A DNA stretch of 64,000 bases, from NCBI GenBank assembly GCA_034434155.1, contig DAOUAC010000033.1:15217-79216 (forward strand), in the 5' to 3' direction. Of this stretch, positions 1 through 12,966 are shown one piece after another; within the stretch, counting starts at the first letter, position 1; each line of letters opens with the position of its first letter. This DNA is from Anaerolineaceae bacterium. Lineage in GTDB: Bacteria; Chloroflexota; Anaerolineae; Anaerolineales; Anaerolineaceae. The notes under the pieces are model-generated. The model searched no databases, was not told the origin of the DNA, and saw nothing but the letters and a program-made list of their open reading frames with translations. The position numbers were made by a program, and so were the translations under genes.

Positions 1-1
1 C

Positions 2-550
2 TACGAGCGCGGCGGGCAGACCTTTGAGACCCGCCTCACCCCGCGCGCCAACCCTCCACAGGGCCAGGGGCCGCTGGGCATCATCATGGGAACCGCCTTC
101 CGCAAGGTCAGCTCATCTGAATGGCTGCCCCGTGCCCTCCAAACCACCTATAACCAGGTGGCGCTGATGATTACCCTGCCCGTCAAGATGTTCCAGGGCG
201 AAATCTCGCCCGAAGAAGGGCGCTTTGTAGGTCCCGTCGGCATCTTTAACGTCTTCGATGCCGCCCGCGACCAGGATATTCAAATGGCCTCCGAGCCGAA
301 CCAGCCAGCGGGCATTAACACCCTTTCCCTGCTGGCAATGCTCTCCGTTGCCCTGGGCATCACCAACCTGCTGCCCATCCCGGCCCTCGATGGCGGGCGC
401 ATCCTGTTTGTACTGCCCGAAATCTTGCTCCGCCGCCGCATCCCCGCCCGCTACGAAAACCTCGTCCATCTGATCGGCTTTGCCGCCCTCATCCTGCTGA
501 TGATCTACGTCACCACGCAGGACATCCTCAACCCCATTGATCTGCGCTAG
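2..550 (+). CDS. rseP: RIP/site-2 metalloprotease (M50, RseP-like), C-terminal part; 5' end outside window
   Basis: Frame is open from the window edge to TAG 548-550. LSVALGITNLLPIPALDGGRILF matches the NxxPxxxLDG motif of M50 site-2 proteases and is followed by a terminal TM helix. Confidence 0.8.
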   Translation, partial: YERGGQTFETRLTPRANPPQGQGPLGIIMGTAFRKVSSSEWLPRALQTTYNQVALMITLPVKMFQGEISPEEGRFVGPVGIFNVFDAARDQDIQMASEPNQPAGINTLSLLAMLSVALGITNLLPIPALDGGRILFVLPEILLRRRIPARYENLVHLIGFAALILLMIYVTTQDILNPIDLR

Positions 551-565
551 AAAGCTGTACTCTAT

Positions 566-1744
566 ATGCCTAAGAAAAAGCCGCAACGTTATGTGCCGTT
601 CCAAGAGGTGCTAGCCGCCCTCCTGGACGATACGCAGGTCTTTCCGGTGCTGTACCTGCACCAGTTTTCAGACCTCGAAGGCCCCGACTTCGAAAACCTG
701 AAAGAAATCTGGCCGCGCGTCAACCCTACCCGCCGCGCCGCCCTGCTCGAAGATCTCGAAAAGCTGGCCGAGAACGAAACCATTGTCTCTTTTGATAATC
801 TGGCGGCCTTCGCCCTGCAAGACAGCGACCCGCGCGTGCGCGTCAACGCCATTAACCTGCTGTGGGAAGCCGAAAACGCCCGCCTGGCCCCCCGCTTCAT
901 CGACATGCTCAATCACGACCCCGATGCCGCCGTGCGCTCAGCCGCCGCCGCCGCCCTGGGCAAGTACGTCTATATGGGCGAAGTGGAAACCCTGCCCGCC
1001 CCACTGCTGCGTCAGGTGGAAGAAGCTCTTCTGCACGCCTACCGCGAGTCTGACGACCAGGATGTGCGCCGCCGCGCCCTCGAATCGCTCGGCTACTCCG
1101 GGCGGCCCGAAGTTCCCGCCCTCATCCGCAAAGCTTACGCCTCCCACTCGCGCGACTGGCTCATCAGCGCCCTCTACGCCATCAGCCGCTCGGCCGACGA
1201 CCGCTGGGCCCCCGAAGTCAACCGCATGTTGCACCACCCCGATCTTGACGTGCAGTACGAGGCCGTCCGCGCCGCCGGTGAGTTAGAACTCGCTTCGGCC
1301 CGCCGCCCCTTGCTGGCAATGCTCAATAACGAACAGCTCGACCGCGAACTTCGCTTGCAGGTCATCTGGTCGCTCGCCAAAATCGGCGGCGAAGGGGTCG
1401 GCGAGAAGCTCGAAGAACTCCTCGACGCCACAGACGACGAAGAGGAAGCCCTCTTCCTCGAAGAAGCCATCGAACTGCTCGCCTTCACTGAAGATTCATC
1501 CATCTTTCGCATGATGGATTTAGACGAACCGGAAGACCCCGCGCGCCTGAAGCTCGACCGCCCCCTGTCTTCTGCCCCGTCCGACGTTGAGGCAGAGGAT
1601 CTGTTCTTCGCCGATGCCTGGGACGATGAGGACGAGGATGAGGGCGGCGAGGACGATGATGTCCCCGGCGAGCGCCCTTCTGGTCCCTCGCGGGACGTAT
1701 CGCCCGATAAACCCTCCGGCGCAAGACGCCGCCGGCCTCGCTAA
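566..1744 (+). CDS. HEAT-repeat protein with acidic/basic C-terminal tail
   Basis: Repeated HEAT/PBS-lyase-like units (DPRVRVNAINLL, DPDAAVRSAAAAALG, DQDVRRRALESLG, DLDVQYEAVRAAGEL). D/E-rich tail ends in RRRRPR. Confidence 0.7.
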   Translation: MPKKKPQRYVPFQEVLAALLDDTQVFPVLYLHQFSDLEGPDFENLKEIWPRVNPTRRAALLEDLEKLAENETIVSFDNLAAFALQDSDPRVRVNAINLLWEAENARLAPRFIDMLNHDPDAAVRSAAAAALGKYVYMGEVETLPAPLLRQVEEALLHAYRESDDQDVRRRALESLGYSGRPEVPALIRKAYASHSRDWLISALYAISRSADDRWAPEVNRMLHHPDLDVQYEAVRAAGELELASARRPLLAMLNNEQLDRELRLQVIWSLAKIGGEGVGEKLEELLDATDDEEEALFLEEAIELLAFTEDSSIFRMMDLDEPEDPARLKLDRPLSSAPSDVEAEDLFFADAWDDEDEDEGGEDDDVPGERPSGPSRDVSPDKPSGARRRRPR

Positions 1745-1758
1745 AACCTGTAACCGCC

Positions 1759-2964
1759 TTGAAACGCGCCCTGCCCCTGTTCCTGCTCATTCTTTCCCTG
1801 GCCCTGTCTCCCACAGCCGCCCGCGCTCAGCAGGTCATTCCGGTGGAAGATTTGGGCGTCACCTATGAATTCGGCAGCCAGGTGACGTTCAACGCCCGCA
1901 TCCAGTCGGAGTTGGAGGTTAAGGAAGTGATGCTGTTTGTCACGCCGGTTGGGGAACAGGCCATCATGCGCAGCGTGCCGCTCGACTCCGCCCGCGAGGT
2001 CCACTATACTTTCCGCGCCGCCGACCTCGGCCTGCGGCCTTTCACCCAGAACCGGTTTCACTTCCTGGTAGTCCTCCAAAGCGGAGAAATCTTGCCCAGC
2101 ACGTCGTTCACCTTCCGCTACGAAGATAACCGCTTTCAGTGGCAGATGCTGCTCCACCCCGACTTTGAGGTGTACTGGTACGGGCGCAGTGCCGCCTTTG
2201 GGCAAGAAATTTTAGACGTAGCCCGCCAGGGGTTAAAGTCCGCCGCCGCCATCCTCGCCGCCGACCCGCCGGCCCCCATTCGCATTTACGCCTACGATTC
2301 TTCCGCAGATCTGCAAAGCGCCCTCCACCTTAACCAGCCCTGGATTGTCGGCCACGCCGCCCCTGACCTGGGGCAGATGTACCTCTACATCCCCACCGGC
2401 CCCGAACAGCGCCTGGAGATTGAGCGCCAGGTCCCCCATGAGATCATGCACTTCTTACAGTACCGCGTAGCCGCCGAAAACCTGCGCCGCCAGCCGGTCT
2501 GGTTGATGGAAGGGATGGCTTCGCTGGCCGAGCTGTATCCCAACCCCGAATACCAGCGCCACCTGCGCGCCGCCGCCGACCGCCGCGAACTCCTCTCTAT
2601 GGTTTCCCTGTGCCACGCCTTTCCGCGCGAGACGTTTGGCGCTTACCTCGCCTACGCGCAGTCCGCTTCCTTCGTCCGCTTCCTCTACCAGTCTTACGGC
2701 TCCGACGGCCTGAAGAAGCTGATGGAGCAGTACAACAACGGCCTGGGCTGTGAAGAAGGTCTCACCGCCGCGCTCGGCTCTTCTCTCAGTCAGTTCGAAT
2801 ATCGCTGGAAGCAAGAAATCCTCGGCCTCGATGCCGGAAACCTGGTACTGCGCAACCTCTCGCCGTACCTGCTCATCTTACTGCTGGTGATGCTCCCCAC
2901 CACCCTTGTTTTCTTCCCCTATACCCGCAACCGCCTCCCCAAACATGACGAACCCCTCCCCTGA
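1759..2964 (+). CDS. Exported, membrane-anchored MA-clan-like zinc peptidase (HExxH)
   Basis: TTG start 14 nt after the previous stop. Signal peptide (LSLALSPTAARAQQ), HEIMH motif, C-terminal TM helix (LLILLLVMLPTTLVFF). Confidence 0.6.
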   Translation: MKRALPLFLLILSLALSPTAARAQQVIPVEDLGVTYEFGSQVTFNARIQSELEVKEVMLFVTPVGEQAIMRSVPLDSAREVHYTFRAADLGLRPFTQNRFHFLVVLQSGEILPSTSFTFRYEDNRFQWQMLLHPDFEVYWYGRSAAFGQEILDVARQGLKSAAAILAADPPAPIRIYAYDSSADLQSALHLNQPWIVGHAAPDLGQMYLYIPTGPEQRLEIERQVPHEIMHFLQYRVAAENLRRQPVWLMEGMASLAELYPNPEYQRHLRAAADRRELLSMVSLCHAFPRETFGAYLAYAQSASFVRFLYQSYGSDGLKKLMEQYNNGLGCEEGLTAALGSSLSQFEYRWKQEILGLDAGNLVLRNLSPYLLILLLVMLPTTLVFFPYTRNRLPKHDEPLP

Positions 2965-3244
2965 ACTCTACCGCCTGCACGCCATCATTGATGGAACCGT
3001 CCAGGGCGTCGGTTTCCGCGCTTTCGTGGTTGACCACGCCCAGGCCCTCCAACTCACCGGGTGGGTGCGCAATACCTACGCCGGACAGGTCGAAGTCGTC
3101 GCCGAAGGCCCCCGCCCCGCCCTCGAAAAACTGCTCGATAAACTGCGCACCGGCCCGCGCATGGCCTTTGTGTCCGAAGTCCGGCACGAGTGGCTTCCCG
3201 CTACCGGCGAGTTTCACTCCTTCAACGTCCGCCGCACTGCGTAA
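2945..3244 (+). CDS. acyP: Acylphosphatase
   Basis: VQGVGFRAFV...LTGWVRN...VEVVAEG is the acylphosphatase signature. ATG at 2945 is preferred over the ORF-track start at 2906. Confidence 0.85.
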   Translation: MTNPSPELYRLHAIIDGTVQGVGFRAFVVDHAQALQLTGWVRNTYAGQVEVVAEGPRPALEKLLDKLRTGPRMAFVSEVRHEWLPATGEFHSFNVRRTA

Positions 3245-3260
3245 CCGCTCTTTAAACGCC

Positions 3261-3287
3261 AAAACTGCGGGGCCAGCCCGCAGTTTT
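3261..3287. terminator. Bidirectional hairpin between convergent genes
   Basis: aaaactgcggg-gccag-cccgcagtttt: 11-bp stem with A/T runs on both sides. Confidence 0.6.
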
Positions 3288-3308
3288 GAAGTGTCTATCC
3301 CTGATGTT

Positions 3309-3803
3309 CTACTGGTTCCAGCGCCAGCCGCGCCCCATCATGCCGCCGCCATACCCACTGCCATACCCGCCGCCGTGACAGCCGCCCAGGGGCATATTGG
3401 TCATGTGCTGCTTCATCCATTCGGCCTGCTCCTGAGTGATTGCCCCCGCCTCTACCGCTTTATCCAGCGCCTCGTTGCGGGCGTCAATCATCATCTGCCG
3501 GGCTTCTTCCAGGCTGTAGCCCTTTTCTTCGGCCAGGTCCCAGAAGGTCTTGCCATCCGCGTAAGCCTGTTGAAGCTCCTCAACCGTTATGCCCAGCTTG
3601 TCCGCCAGGGCCGCCTGCATGTAGGTGTGCATCACCCCGGGACCGGCGCCCCCCATCATCCAACCGCGCCCATAGCCGCCGCCCGGCGTTCCGGGGTCTG
3701 GCCGTTGGGCCGCAGCATACTGGAAGGTGAATAACAGACCCGCCGTGACTAACAGACCGGCGATACCGAGGATCATCATTAAGCGTTTCATTGGTTCTTT
3801 CAT
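3309..3803 (-). CDS. Exported Met/Gly-rich helical protein (possibly DUF2680/YckD-like)
   Basis: Signal/TM helix (LMMILGIAGLLVTAGLL). GGGYGRGWMMGG near the N-terminus and GGGYGSGYGGGMMGRGW at the C-terminus flank helical repeats (ITVEELQQAY, SLEEARQMM, ITQEQAEWM). Confidence 0.6.
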   Translation of the reverse strand: MKEPMKRLMMILGIAGLLVTAGLLFTFQYAAAQRPDPGTPGGGYGRGWMMGGAGPGVMHTYMQAALADKLGITVEELQQAYADGKTFWDLAEEKGYSLEEARQMMIDARNEALDKAVEAGAITQEQAEWMKQHMTNMPLGGCHGGGYGSGYGGGMMGRGWRWNQ

Positions 3804-3887
3804 CTCCTTTCGTTGATTTGCTTGCCCTCATCATAGCAAGAAGATATGAAGAACCTGTGAAGGCCTTTCGAAGGGTTTGTGAAGGTT

Positions 3888-3926
3888 AAAAAAAGCTGTG
3901 GGCCGCCGCGCTCAGCCGCCCACAGC
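3888..3926 (-). terminator. Intrinsic terminator after uvrB
   Basis: 9-bp GC-rich stem gctgtgggc/gcccacagc, followed on the minus strand by TTTTTTT (plus-strand A-run 3888-3894). Confidence 0.6.
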
Positions 3927-3949
3927 CCTGTCATCATCGTCCAGGCGAT

Positions 3950-5995
<2,046 letters not shown>

Positions 5996-6104
5996 ATGCT
6001 CCCATCCTAGCAAATCTGTTCTAGTGTTGATTGTACAACCTGGCGGGTTTCAATACAAGGGGTATTTAAGATTGGCGCAGGCCAAAAAATCTTCCCTTGA
6101 TAGA

Positions 6105-7505
6105 TCAACGAAAAGATAGGGGGGTTGGTTGCACAGGCAGGCGCAAAGAAAAGCACGCGCCGCCCTGCGGGCGGTTCTCAGCGGTCAAATCGCCGCCGTG
6201 CGCCAGAGCTAACTGGCGGGCAATTGCCAGCCCCAGGCCGGTACCGCCCTCCTGGCGGCTGCGGGCCTTATCGGCTCGGTAAAAACGCTCAAAAATGCGC
6301 GGCAGGTCCTCGACAGCAATACCCGGGCCACTGTCTGCCACCGACACCACCAGCCAGTTGTCCTGGCGGCTCACGCGAATCTCCACCTCGCCGCCTTCTG
6401 GGGTATGACGCAGCGCATTGCTCAACAGGTTGTTTAAAATTTGCTCCACCCGCCCGGCGTCCGCCGGGCACTCTCCGTCCTGTCCCGCCAGGGCATCAAC
6501 CAGCAGCAGGCGAATGCCCCGGTTCTCCGCTTCTGGGCGGAAACGCTCTAGCACGCGCGCGGCCAGAGACCCCAGGTTGGTGGGAGCCTTGACAAGCTTA
6601 AGTTCTCCGGCATCAGCCAGCGCCAGGGTGCGTAAATCTTCTACCAGACGGGTGAGCAGTTCGGCGCTGTCAATCACCGGCTGCAAATTCTCCGGCGTCA
6701 GGGGATATACGCCATCCTGAAGAGCTTCGAGGTAAGCGCGCTGCACGGCAATGGGCGTGCGCAGTTCGTGGGCGATGTCGGCAGTCATGGCGCGGCGGGC
6801 CTGCTCGGCTTTTTGGAGCGATGCCGCCATCTGGTTGAACGTCTGCGCCAGGCTGGCAATTTCGTCCCCCCCGCGCGCGGTTACGCGCTGGCTCAGGTCG
6901 CCGCTGGCCATGCGCTGCGCCGCCTGGGTGAGCGCCTTTATCGGCGACAACAGCCGCGTCGAGAGCAGCCAGGCCAGCGCCAGCGCCAGCCCACCCGCCA
7001 CCCCCGCGGCAATCAACCCGGCCCGCACCAGGCGGTTGAGCAGTTCCTGGCCGGCGGTGGGGTCTTCGATCACCACGCCTTCAGCTACCAGATAGCCAAT
7101 GGTACGCCCATCTACATCCTTTAGCACAATGGCGTTTTCCAATTCTGCCGCCGACAGCCGGCCCCGCCGCGTTTCTTCGGTATCGGCTACGATGTTCTCC
7201 TGAGCGTCCGCCAGCGTGAGATGCAGGTTGCCGCCGCCCATCATGCCGCGCCCCATGCCCTGCCCCATCATGCCGTGACCGCCCGGCCAGGATTTGAGGA
7301 TTTCGCCGGCCCCCTCCCAGCTCCCCGTTCTGGCATAGTAGCTTTCCAGGTCTGTTGCCACCCGATCCAGGCCCATCATGCCGCCGCGCGCCATAAACAT
7401 GCGCACCTCTCCGGCGGCGCTCTGCCGCAGGATGAGAAACATGCTGGCAATGGCTGCCAGAATAACCACCACAAAGGCGAGGATTAAACGCTGGCGCATG
7501 ATCAA
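6105..7505 (-). CDS. Sensor histidine kinase (TM-sensor-TM-HAMP-HisKA-HATPase)
   Basis: H-box HELRTPIAV, N-box LLSNALRHT, DSGPGI and GTGLGLAI boxes, HAMP segment. The extracytoplasmic loop contains GGMMG and GHGMMGQGMGRGMMGGG. Confidence 0.9.
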   Translation of the reverse strand: MIMRQRLILAFVVVILAAIASMFLILRQSAAGEVRMFMARGGMMGLDRVATDLESYYARTGSWEGAGEILKSWPGGHGMMGQGMGRGMMGGGNLHLTLADAQENIVADTEETRRGRLSAAELENAIVLKDVDGRTIGYLVAEGVVIEDPTAGQELLNRLVRAGLIAAGVAGGLALALAWLLSTRLLSPIKALTQAAQRMASGDLSQRVTARGGDEIASLAQTFNQMAASLQKAEQARRAMTADIAHELRTPIAVQRAYLEALQDGVYPLTPENLQPVIDSAELLTRLVEDLRTLALADAGELKLVKAPTNLGSLAARVLERFRPEAENRGIRLLLVDALAGQDGECPADAGRVEQILNNLLSNALRHTPEGGEVEIRVSRQDNWLVVSVADSGPGIAVEDLPRIFERFYRADKARSRQEGGTGLGLAIARQLALAHGGDLTAENRPQGGACFSLRLPVQPTPLSFR

Positions 7506-8182
7506 TCCTTATGAAAACGGTAACCCACCCCAAAAACCGTCTCGATATACTGCGGCTGGTGAGGGTCAGGCTCCAGCTTGGCGCGCAAGTTCTTGATGTG
7601 CGCGTCAATGGTGCGCTCGTACCCTTCATAGGCCGTCCCCTGGATCGCTTCGAGCAGTTGCAGGCGCGAAAACACCCGTCCTGGCTGCCCGGCCAGCACA
7701 GCCAGCAGTTGGAACTCGGTGGGGGTCAGGTTGATTTCCTGCCCGGCTCGCCGGACGGAATGGGCATCCAGGTCAATCTCCACATCCCCCACGCTCAGCC
7801 GGCGGGCCGCAGCAGCCGGGGCCCCCGCCCGCCGCAGTACCGCGCGCACGCGGGCGACGACCTCACGGGGCGAGTAAGGCTTGACGATGTAATCATCGGC
7901 TCCCAGTTCCAGACCAATCAGGCGGTCAGTCTCTTCGGCCCGCGCCGTGACCATAATAATCGGCGTATCTCCCTTGCGCCGGATCTCGCGGGCAACATCC
8001 AGGCCGTCCTTGCCGGGCAGGTTCAGGTCCAACAGCACCAGGTCTGGGCGCATCTGCTCCCAGGCCAGCAGTCCCCGGTCCCCGCGCGTCTCAACGCGCA
8101 CGCTCATCCCCGCCTGCTCCAGATAAGACTGGACCACGCGGGCCAGTTCGACCTCATCTTCGATCATCAAGATGGCAGGCAT
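7502..8182 (-). CDS. OmpR-family response regulator
   Basis: Receiver domain (DLVLLDLNLPGKDG) plus winged-helix output (YIETVFGVGYRF). Its stop overlaps the kinase start by 4 nt. Confidence 0.93.
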   Translation of the reverse strand: MPAILMIEDEVELARVVQSYLEQAGMSVRVETRGDRGLLAWEQMRPDLVLLDLNLPGKDGLDVAREIRRKGDTPIIMVTARAEETDRLIGLELGADDYIVKPYSPREVVARVRAVLRRAGAPAAAARRLSVGDVEIDLDAHSVRRAGQEINLTPTEFQLLAVLAGQPGRVFSRLQLLEAIQGTAYEGYERTIDAHIKNLRAKLEPDPHQPQYIETVFGVGYRFHKD

Positions 8183-11100
8183 ACGGCCATAATCTCCGCC
8201 AGCGTATCTAACAGCTTACCGCGCCAGTCTTCCAACCCGGCAGTGGGAATCCAATAGGCATTTTTCCCCGTCCGCACCCCCAGGCCTACAAAAGGCAGAT
8301 TGCGGCTGGCCCCTTCGGGCAGGGGCGGATAGCGCAGCACCAACTGCTCGCCTTCCATCGCCACCGAGGCCAGGCCCGCTAGCTCTGCCCGCAGTTTGAC
8401 GCGCATCTGAAAGAACAGATTGGCCGCTGGCTCAGGCAAGACTCCAAATCGGTCAATAAACTCATCCTGCATGGCCTGTAAATCATCCTCGTTGTGCAGG
8501 TCTGCAAGCCGGCGGTAGAGCTTCAGGCGCATGGTCTGATCGGGAATATACTCAATGGGGATGCCAATCTCCAGCGGCAGGTCCACGCTAACGGGCGGGC
8601 GGCTTTCTCTGGTCAGCGCCGCCACTTCCTCGCCGCCGGCCATGCCCGTCAGCGCGCGAATCTGGCGCACCGCATGACCGAGCATGCGCGTATAGAGGTG
8701 AAAGCCCACCGCAGCGATAACCCCCGACTGGCGCGTGCCGAGCAGTTCGCCGGCCCCACGCATTTCCAGGTCGCGCATGGCGATGGAATAGCCGGCCCCT
8801 AACTGGGTGTTCTCGGCGATCACTTCCAACCGCTCTTGCCCTTCTGGCGTCGGCGTTTTTTTGCGATGGCGGAAGAAATAGGCATAAGCGCGTTGCGCGC
8901 CGCGCCCCACCCGCCCGCGCAGTTGATATAACTGTGCCAGGCCAAAAGTATCGCCGCGGTCTACAATCAGGGTATTGGCGTTGGGAATGTCCAGGCCCGA
9001 TTCGATGATCGAGGTACACAGCAGCACGTCAATCTCTGACTGGGTAAAGCGGATCATCACCTTCGACAGCTCATCTTCGGGCATTTGGCCGTGCGCCACG
9101 CCCACGCGTGCCTCTGGAACCAGGTTATGCAGATGGCGCTCCATCGCCCGGATGGTCTGGACGCGGTTGTGAACGAAAAACACCTGCCCGCCGCGCTCCA
9201 ACTCGCGCAAAATGGCCTGACGCACCAATCGGGGAGAATAAGGGCCAATGTGCGTCACCACCGGCAGGCGCTCGGCAGGCGGCGTGTTGATCTGCGAAAT
9301 ATCACGCACGCCGGTCAGCGCCATGTAGAGCGTGCGCGGGATGGGCGTGGCCGTCATGGTCAGCACATCCACCTCGGTGCGCAGCCGCTTGAAAAATTCC
9401 TTGTGCGTCACCCCGAAACGCTGCTCTTCGTCAATCACTACCAGGCCGAGGTCTTTAAAAGTCACATCCGGCTGAATGAGGCGGTGCGTGCCGATGATGA
9501 TGTCAATGCTGCCTTCCGCCAGGCGCTTGATGATCTGATCCTGCTGGCGGGGCGTGCGAAAACGCGAGAGCATTTCCACCTCTACCGGGAAGGGCGCCAG
9601 GCGCTGACGGAACGTTTCGTAGTGCTGCTGGGCGAGCACTGTCGTTGGGACCAGGATGGCGACCTGTTTGCCATCCATCACCGCTTTAAATGCGCCTCGC
9701 AGGGCCACCTCGGTCTTGCCGTAGCCCACGTCGCCGCACAGCAGCCGATCCATCGGGCGCGGGCTTTCCATATCCCGCTTCACATCCTGGATGGCGCGCA
9801 TCTGATCTTCAGTTTCCACATAGGGAAAGCTGGCTTCGAGGTCCTGCTGCCAGGGGGTATCTTTAGCGAAAGCATGCCCCTGAACCACCTGGCGGCGGGC
9901 GTATAGTTCCAGCAGTTCCTGGGCTACCTGCTGGACCGATTCGCGCACCCGCTGTTTGACCGCGTTCCACTCGCCGCCGCCCAACCGGGTGGGGGTGGGC
10001 GGTTCTCCACCAGGGCCAATGTAGCGGCTCAGGCGGTCGGCCTGGTAGACTGGCACAAAGATCTGATCTCCGCCCTCGTACTCCACAGCCAAAAACTCGC
10101 GCTCGGCGCCGTCGAGCGTGCGGCGCACCAGCCCCAAATAGCGGCCAATGCCAAAGTCTACGTGGACCACCCAATCGCCCGCCTTAAGATCGGTATAGTC
10201 CGACTCTGGGGCCGCCGCCGCGGCGTGCTGTGAGCGCCGGGGAAGCGGACGCTCCCAACCAAAGACTTCGCTGTCGGTCAGCAGGTGCAGTTTCTTGCCA
10301 TCTGGCAGGGTCAATACCCAACCATCACTGAGCGAGCCTTCTAGAAACTCTGGCGAGCGGCGGGCTTCGGCCTGCGTTTCGCGCTCGGCCCACAATTCTT
10401 GCAGGCGCAGCACCTGACGCGAGACAAGCACCTGACGCTCGCCGCGCGCGGCGTTCTCCACCAGGTAATCCATAAAGGGCTTCAACCGCCCGCCGTAGCG
10501 TGGGCCAGGGGTAAAGGCTTCGCCAAGCTCTGAGCTTTCCTGAGCGGTCGAGCGCCCCAGTTCCACCCAGGTATGTCCGCTAAGGCTGTCTTGCAGTTCA
10601 GACCAGCTCAGGTAGGGGACGGGGAAGTCCGCCGGTAAAGTTCCTTCAAGAATGCTCTCCTGGCGCAGGCGCACGGCCTGTTCCTCGATCTCCGCCGCCA
10701 TCGTTTGCAGCATATCCAGGTCATCTACCAGCACCAAAGCCTGCTGCGGCAGGTAATCCAGCAGGCTGGCGTGTTGGGGATGAACAACCGGCAGGAAGAA
10801 CTCGTCAATCTCAAAGCCAGGGTTGAGAACTGGCGGCAGGTTGCCCAACGCCGGCAGGGGGATGCCGGCCGCCTTGCCCGGCAGCACTTCGCGCGCGGGG
10901 GTCACAACCAGTTCTTGCAGGGCGCGGGTGGTGCGCTGCGTGGCCGGGTTAAAGGCGCGCAGCGTGTCTATTTCATCGCCGAACATTTCCAGCCGCACCG
11001 GACTGCTGTCTGGCGGGGTCCAGATATCCAGAATGCCGCCGCGGTGCGAAAACTGGCCCGGCTCTAAGACGGTATCCGCCGGCTGGTAGCCAAGATCCAT

Positions 11101-11589
11101 CCAGGCGCGTTTCAGGTTCTCCGGCGAAATGGTTTGCCCCACTTTAAGGATGCGCGTGGCTTTGACAAATTCGCGCCTGGGCAGGGTGCGCGTCATCAGA
11201 GCGCGGATCGAGGCCACTACAATGGGCGGGGATTCTGGTTTGGGCGCGCCCGGCAGGTGATAGGTTGCCAGCAGCGTGAGGGTTTGCAAGCGGTCGCGGC
11301 GGGTTAACGTCCCCCAGGCGGCCTGCTCGTAAAACAAGGGATTCGGCTCTGGAAACAAAGAGCGCGGGGCCTGTGGAACCCAGAACGAAAGCTCATCCAA
11401 GAGGGTCAGGGCGCGGTCGGCGCGGTCTGTCAACAGCAGGATAGGACGGCGCAGTTCAGCGTAGAGAGCCGCCAGCACTGGCAAACGGGCCGAGCGCAGC
11501 AGCGCCAGCCCCGGCGGGAGAATCCCCGCCGCCAGGTCCGCGCTAAGCCGCTGGAATGACTTGAGCGAGCGAATCTCCTCGATGACCAA
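8167..11589 (-). CDS. mfd: Transcription-repair coupling factor
   Basis: 1140 aa. UvrB-homology N-terminus, CarD-like domain, SF2 helicase ([18 protein letters not shown]), TRCF C-terminal domain. Confidence 0.97.
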   Translation of the reverse strand: MVIEEIRSLKSFQRLSADLAAGILPPGLALLRSARLPVLAALYAELRRPILLLTDRADRALTLLDELSFWVPQAPRSLFPEPNPLFYEQAAWGTLTRRDRLQTLTLLATYHLPGAPKPESPPIVVASIRALMTRTLPRREFVKATRILKVGQTISPENLKRAWMDLGYQPADTVLEPGQFSHRGGILDIWTPPDSSPVRLEMFGDEIDTLRAFNPATQRTTRALQELVVTPAREVLPGKAAGIPLPALGNLPPVLNPGFEIDEFFLPVVHPQHASLLDYLPQQALVLVDDLDMLQTMAAEIEEQAVRLRQESILEGTLPADFPVPYLSWSELQDSLSGHTWVELGRSTAQESSELGEAFTPGPRYGGRLKPFMDYLVENAARGERQVLVSRQVLRLQELWAERETQAEARRSPEFLEGSLSDGWVLTLPDGKKLHLLTDSEVFGWERPLPRRSQHAAAAAPESDYTDLKAGDWVVHVDFGIGRYLGLVRRTLDGAEREFLAVEYEGGDQIFVPVYQADRLSRYIGPGGEPPTPTRLGGGEWNAVKQRVRESVQQVAQELLELYARRQVVQGHAFAKDTPWQQDLEASFPYVETEDQMRAIQDVKRDMESPRPMDRLLCGDVGYGKTEVALRGAFKAVMDGKQVAILVPTTVLAQQHYETFRQRLAPFPVEVEMLSRFRTPRQQDQIIKRLAEGSIDIIIGTHRLIQPDVTFKDLGLVVIDEEQRFGVTHKEFFKRLRTEVDVLTMTATPIPRTLYMALTGVRDISQINTPPAERLPVVTHIGPYSPRLVRQAILRELERGGQVFFVHNRVQTIRAMERHLHNLVPEARVGVAHGQMPEDELSKVMIRFTQSEIDVLLCTSIIESGLDIPNANTLIVDRGDTFGLAQLYQLRGRVGRGAQRAYAYFFRHRKKTPTPEGQERLEVIAENTQLGAGYSIAMRDLEMRGAGELLGTRQSGVIAAVGFHLYTRMLGHAVRQIRALTGMAGGEEVAALTRESRPPVSVDLPLEIGIPIEYIPDQTMRLKLYRRLADLHNEDDLQAMQDEFIDRFGVLPEPAANLFFQMRVKLRAELAGLASVAMEGEQLVLRYPPLPEGASRNLPFVGLGVRTGKNAYWIPTAGLEDWRGKLLDTLAEIMAVCLPS

Positions 11590-11610
11590 GACTGTACCTC
11601 CGAATCACTG

Positions 11611-12210
11611 TTACCTTTCCTGCTCCGGGATGGGGCCGTTATATCGGTTCATGGCCGTCTCTAACCCATCTCGGATAAAAACTTTGACGGCCTCCACCGC
11701 GCGGTCCAGCACCATATCCAATACTTTTTGCTCGCTGGCAGTAAACCGCTCTAAAACGTAAGCAGCGGCGTCCATCTGGCCGGGCGGTCGCCCGATACCC
11801 AGGCGCAGCCGGCCAAACTCCTGCGTGCCTAACTGCTGGATGATCGAAGCCATTCCTTTTTGCCCACCCGATCCGCCACCCGGACGCAGACGCACCGTCC
11901 CCAGCGGCAGATCCAGGTCATCATGAGCGACCAAGAGCTGGCTCAGCGGCGTTTTATAAAAGCGCACCAGTCCGGCCACTGCCTGCCCCGAAAGATTCAT
12001 AAAAGTCTGCGGTTTGGCGAGCACCACGCGCCGCCCTTCAATCTGCCCGGTTCCAACCAGGGCCTTCGACTGGACGCGCATTAAAGAGATGCCCGCCGCC
12101 TTGCACACTCTATCAATGAGCATAAAGCCAATATTGTGACGGGTGTCGCGGTACTCGCGCCCCGGATTGCCTAAGCCAACCAATAAAAAGGGAGCCGGTT
12201 GATGATCCAT
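11611..12210 (-). CDS. pth: Peptidyl-tRNA hydrolase
   Basis: LVGLGNPGREYRDTRHNIGF signature; length 199 aa. Confidence 0.95.
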   Translation of the reverse strand: MDHQPAPFLLVGLGNPGREYRDTRHNIGFMLIDRVCKAAGISLMRVQSKALVGTGQIEGRRVVLAKPQTFMNLSGQAVAGLVRFYKTPLSQLLVAHDDLDLPLGTVRLRPGGGSGGQKGMASIIQQLGTQEFGRLRLGIGRPPGQMDAAAYVLERFTASEQKVLDMVLDRAVEAVKVFIRDGLETAMNRYNGPIPEQER

Positions 12211-12234
12211 AAAAACATACCTGATCTGAGGTGT

Positions 12235-12966
12235 TTAACGCCGAAAGAGCGCTTTGAGCACCAGGTAGAGCACGCCCAGAGTAACAGCGGCTACTGCCAG
12301 CGCCATGCCCATCCCGGCGCTAGAGGCCAGGTCAGCCACCGTCACCTGGAGAGCATTGGTAGCCTGTGGAGCTGGAGTGCGCGACGGAGGGGCAAAATCG
12401 GGCAGGGGCGTGTTGGTAGGGGTTGGAGTGGCGCGCTCCTGAACCACCTGGCCGGTTGGCGCAGGGGTAGAAGTCTCCACAAGGCTGTAATTGCGCACCC
12501 TCAGCCCGTCCAGAATATGTTCAATCACCTGCCCGCTGCTGAGGAACAACTGCACGCGCAGCCGGTAATTGCCATCGGTGATTGTGGTGGTATCCCAACT
12601 GGCAAGCGTCCCCTGCGTCACCGGACGGCTGTCCTGCCCAACCAGGAACCAGGTTTGGGTAGGGTCCGCCTGATATCCGAAAGCCACTTCATAAGCCACA
12701 AAATTCACGGCGCTGGCTGTGCCGGTAATGGCAACCACTCCTTTCAATGCCTCGCCCCCCATCGGACTGCTGATGACCAGCTCCTGTTCCGCCGGGGTGG
12801 GAGTGGCCGCCTGCTGAAATGCCTCAACTGCGCGGCCCACCGGCGTCTGCAACAGCCACGCCAGGAACGCGGCCAGCGCCAGAAAGCCGAAAAGGTTGTG
12901 GTTGATAGACATGGTAGAGGGGCGGGCGTGCATCCGTGAAAACATTGCAACAATGGAGTTTAACAC
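12235..12966 (-). CDS. Membrane-anchored hypothetical protein with P/T-rich linker
   Basis: N-terminal TM helix, beta-rich middle domain, PT-rich linker (TPTPTNTPLPDFAPPSRTPAP), C-terminal TM helix. The antisense ORF on the plus strand looks non-protein-like. Confidence 0.55.
   Translation of the reverse strand: MLNSIVAMFSRMHARPSTMSINHNLFGFLALAAFLAWLLQTPVGRAVEAFQQAATPTPAEQELVISSPMGGEALKGVVAITGTASAVNFVAYEVAFGYQADPTQTWFLVGQDSRPVTQGTLASWDTTTITDGNYRLRVQLFLSSGQVIEHILDGLRVRNYSLVETSTPAPTGQVVQERATPTPTNTPLPDFAPPSRTPAPQATNALQVTVADLASSAGMGMALAVAAVTLGVLYLVLKALFRR

Noticed and set aside
12199-12939. 246-aa plus-strand ORF.
   Set aside because: It is antisense to the 12235-12966 membrane protein, which has sensible TM helices and a PT linker. 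The plus-strand translation is R/G/H-rich and looks non-protein-like.
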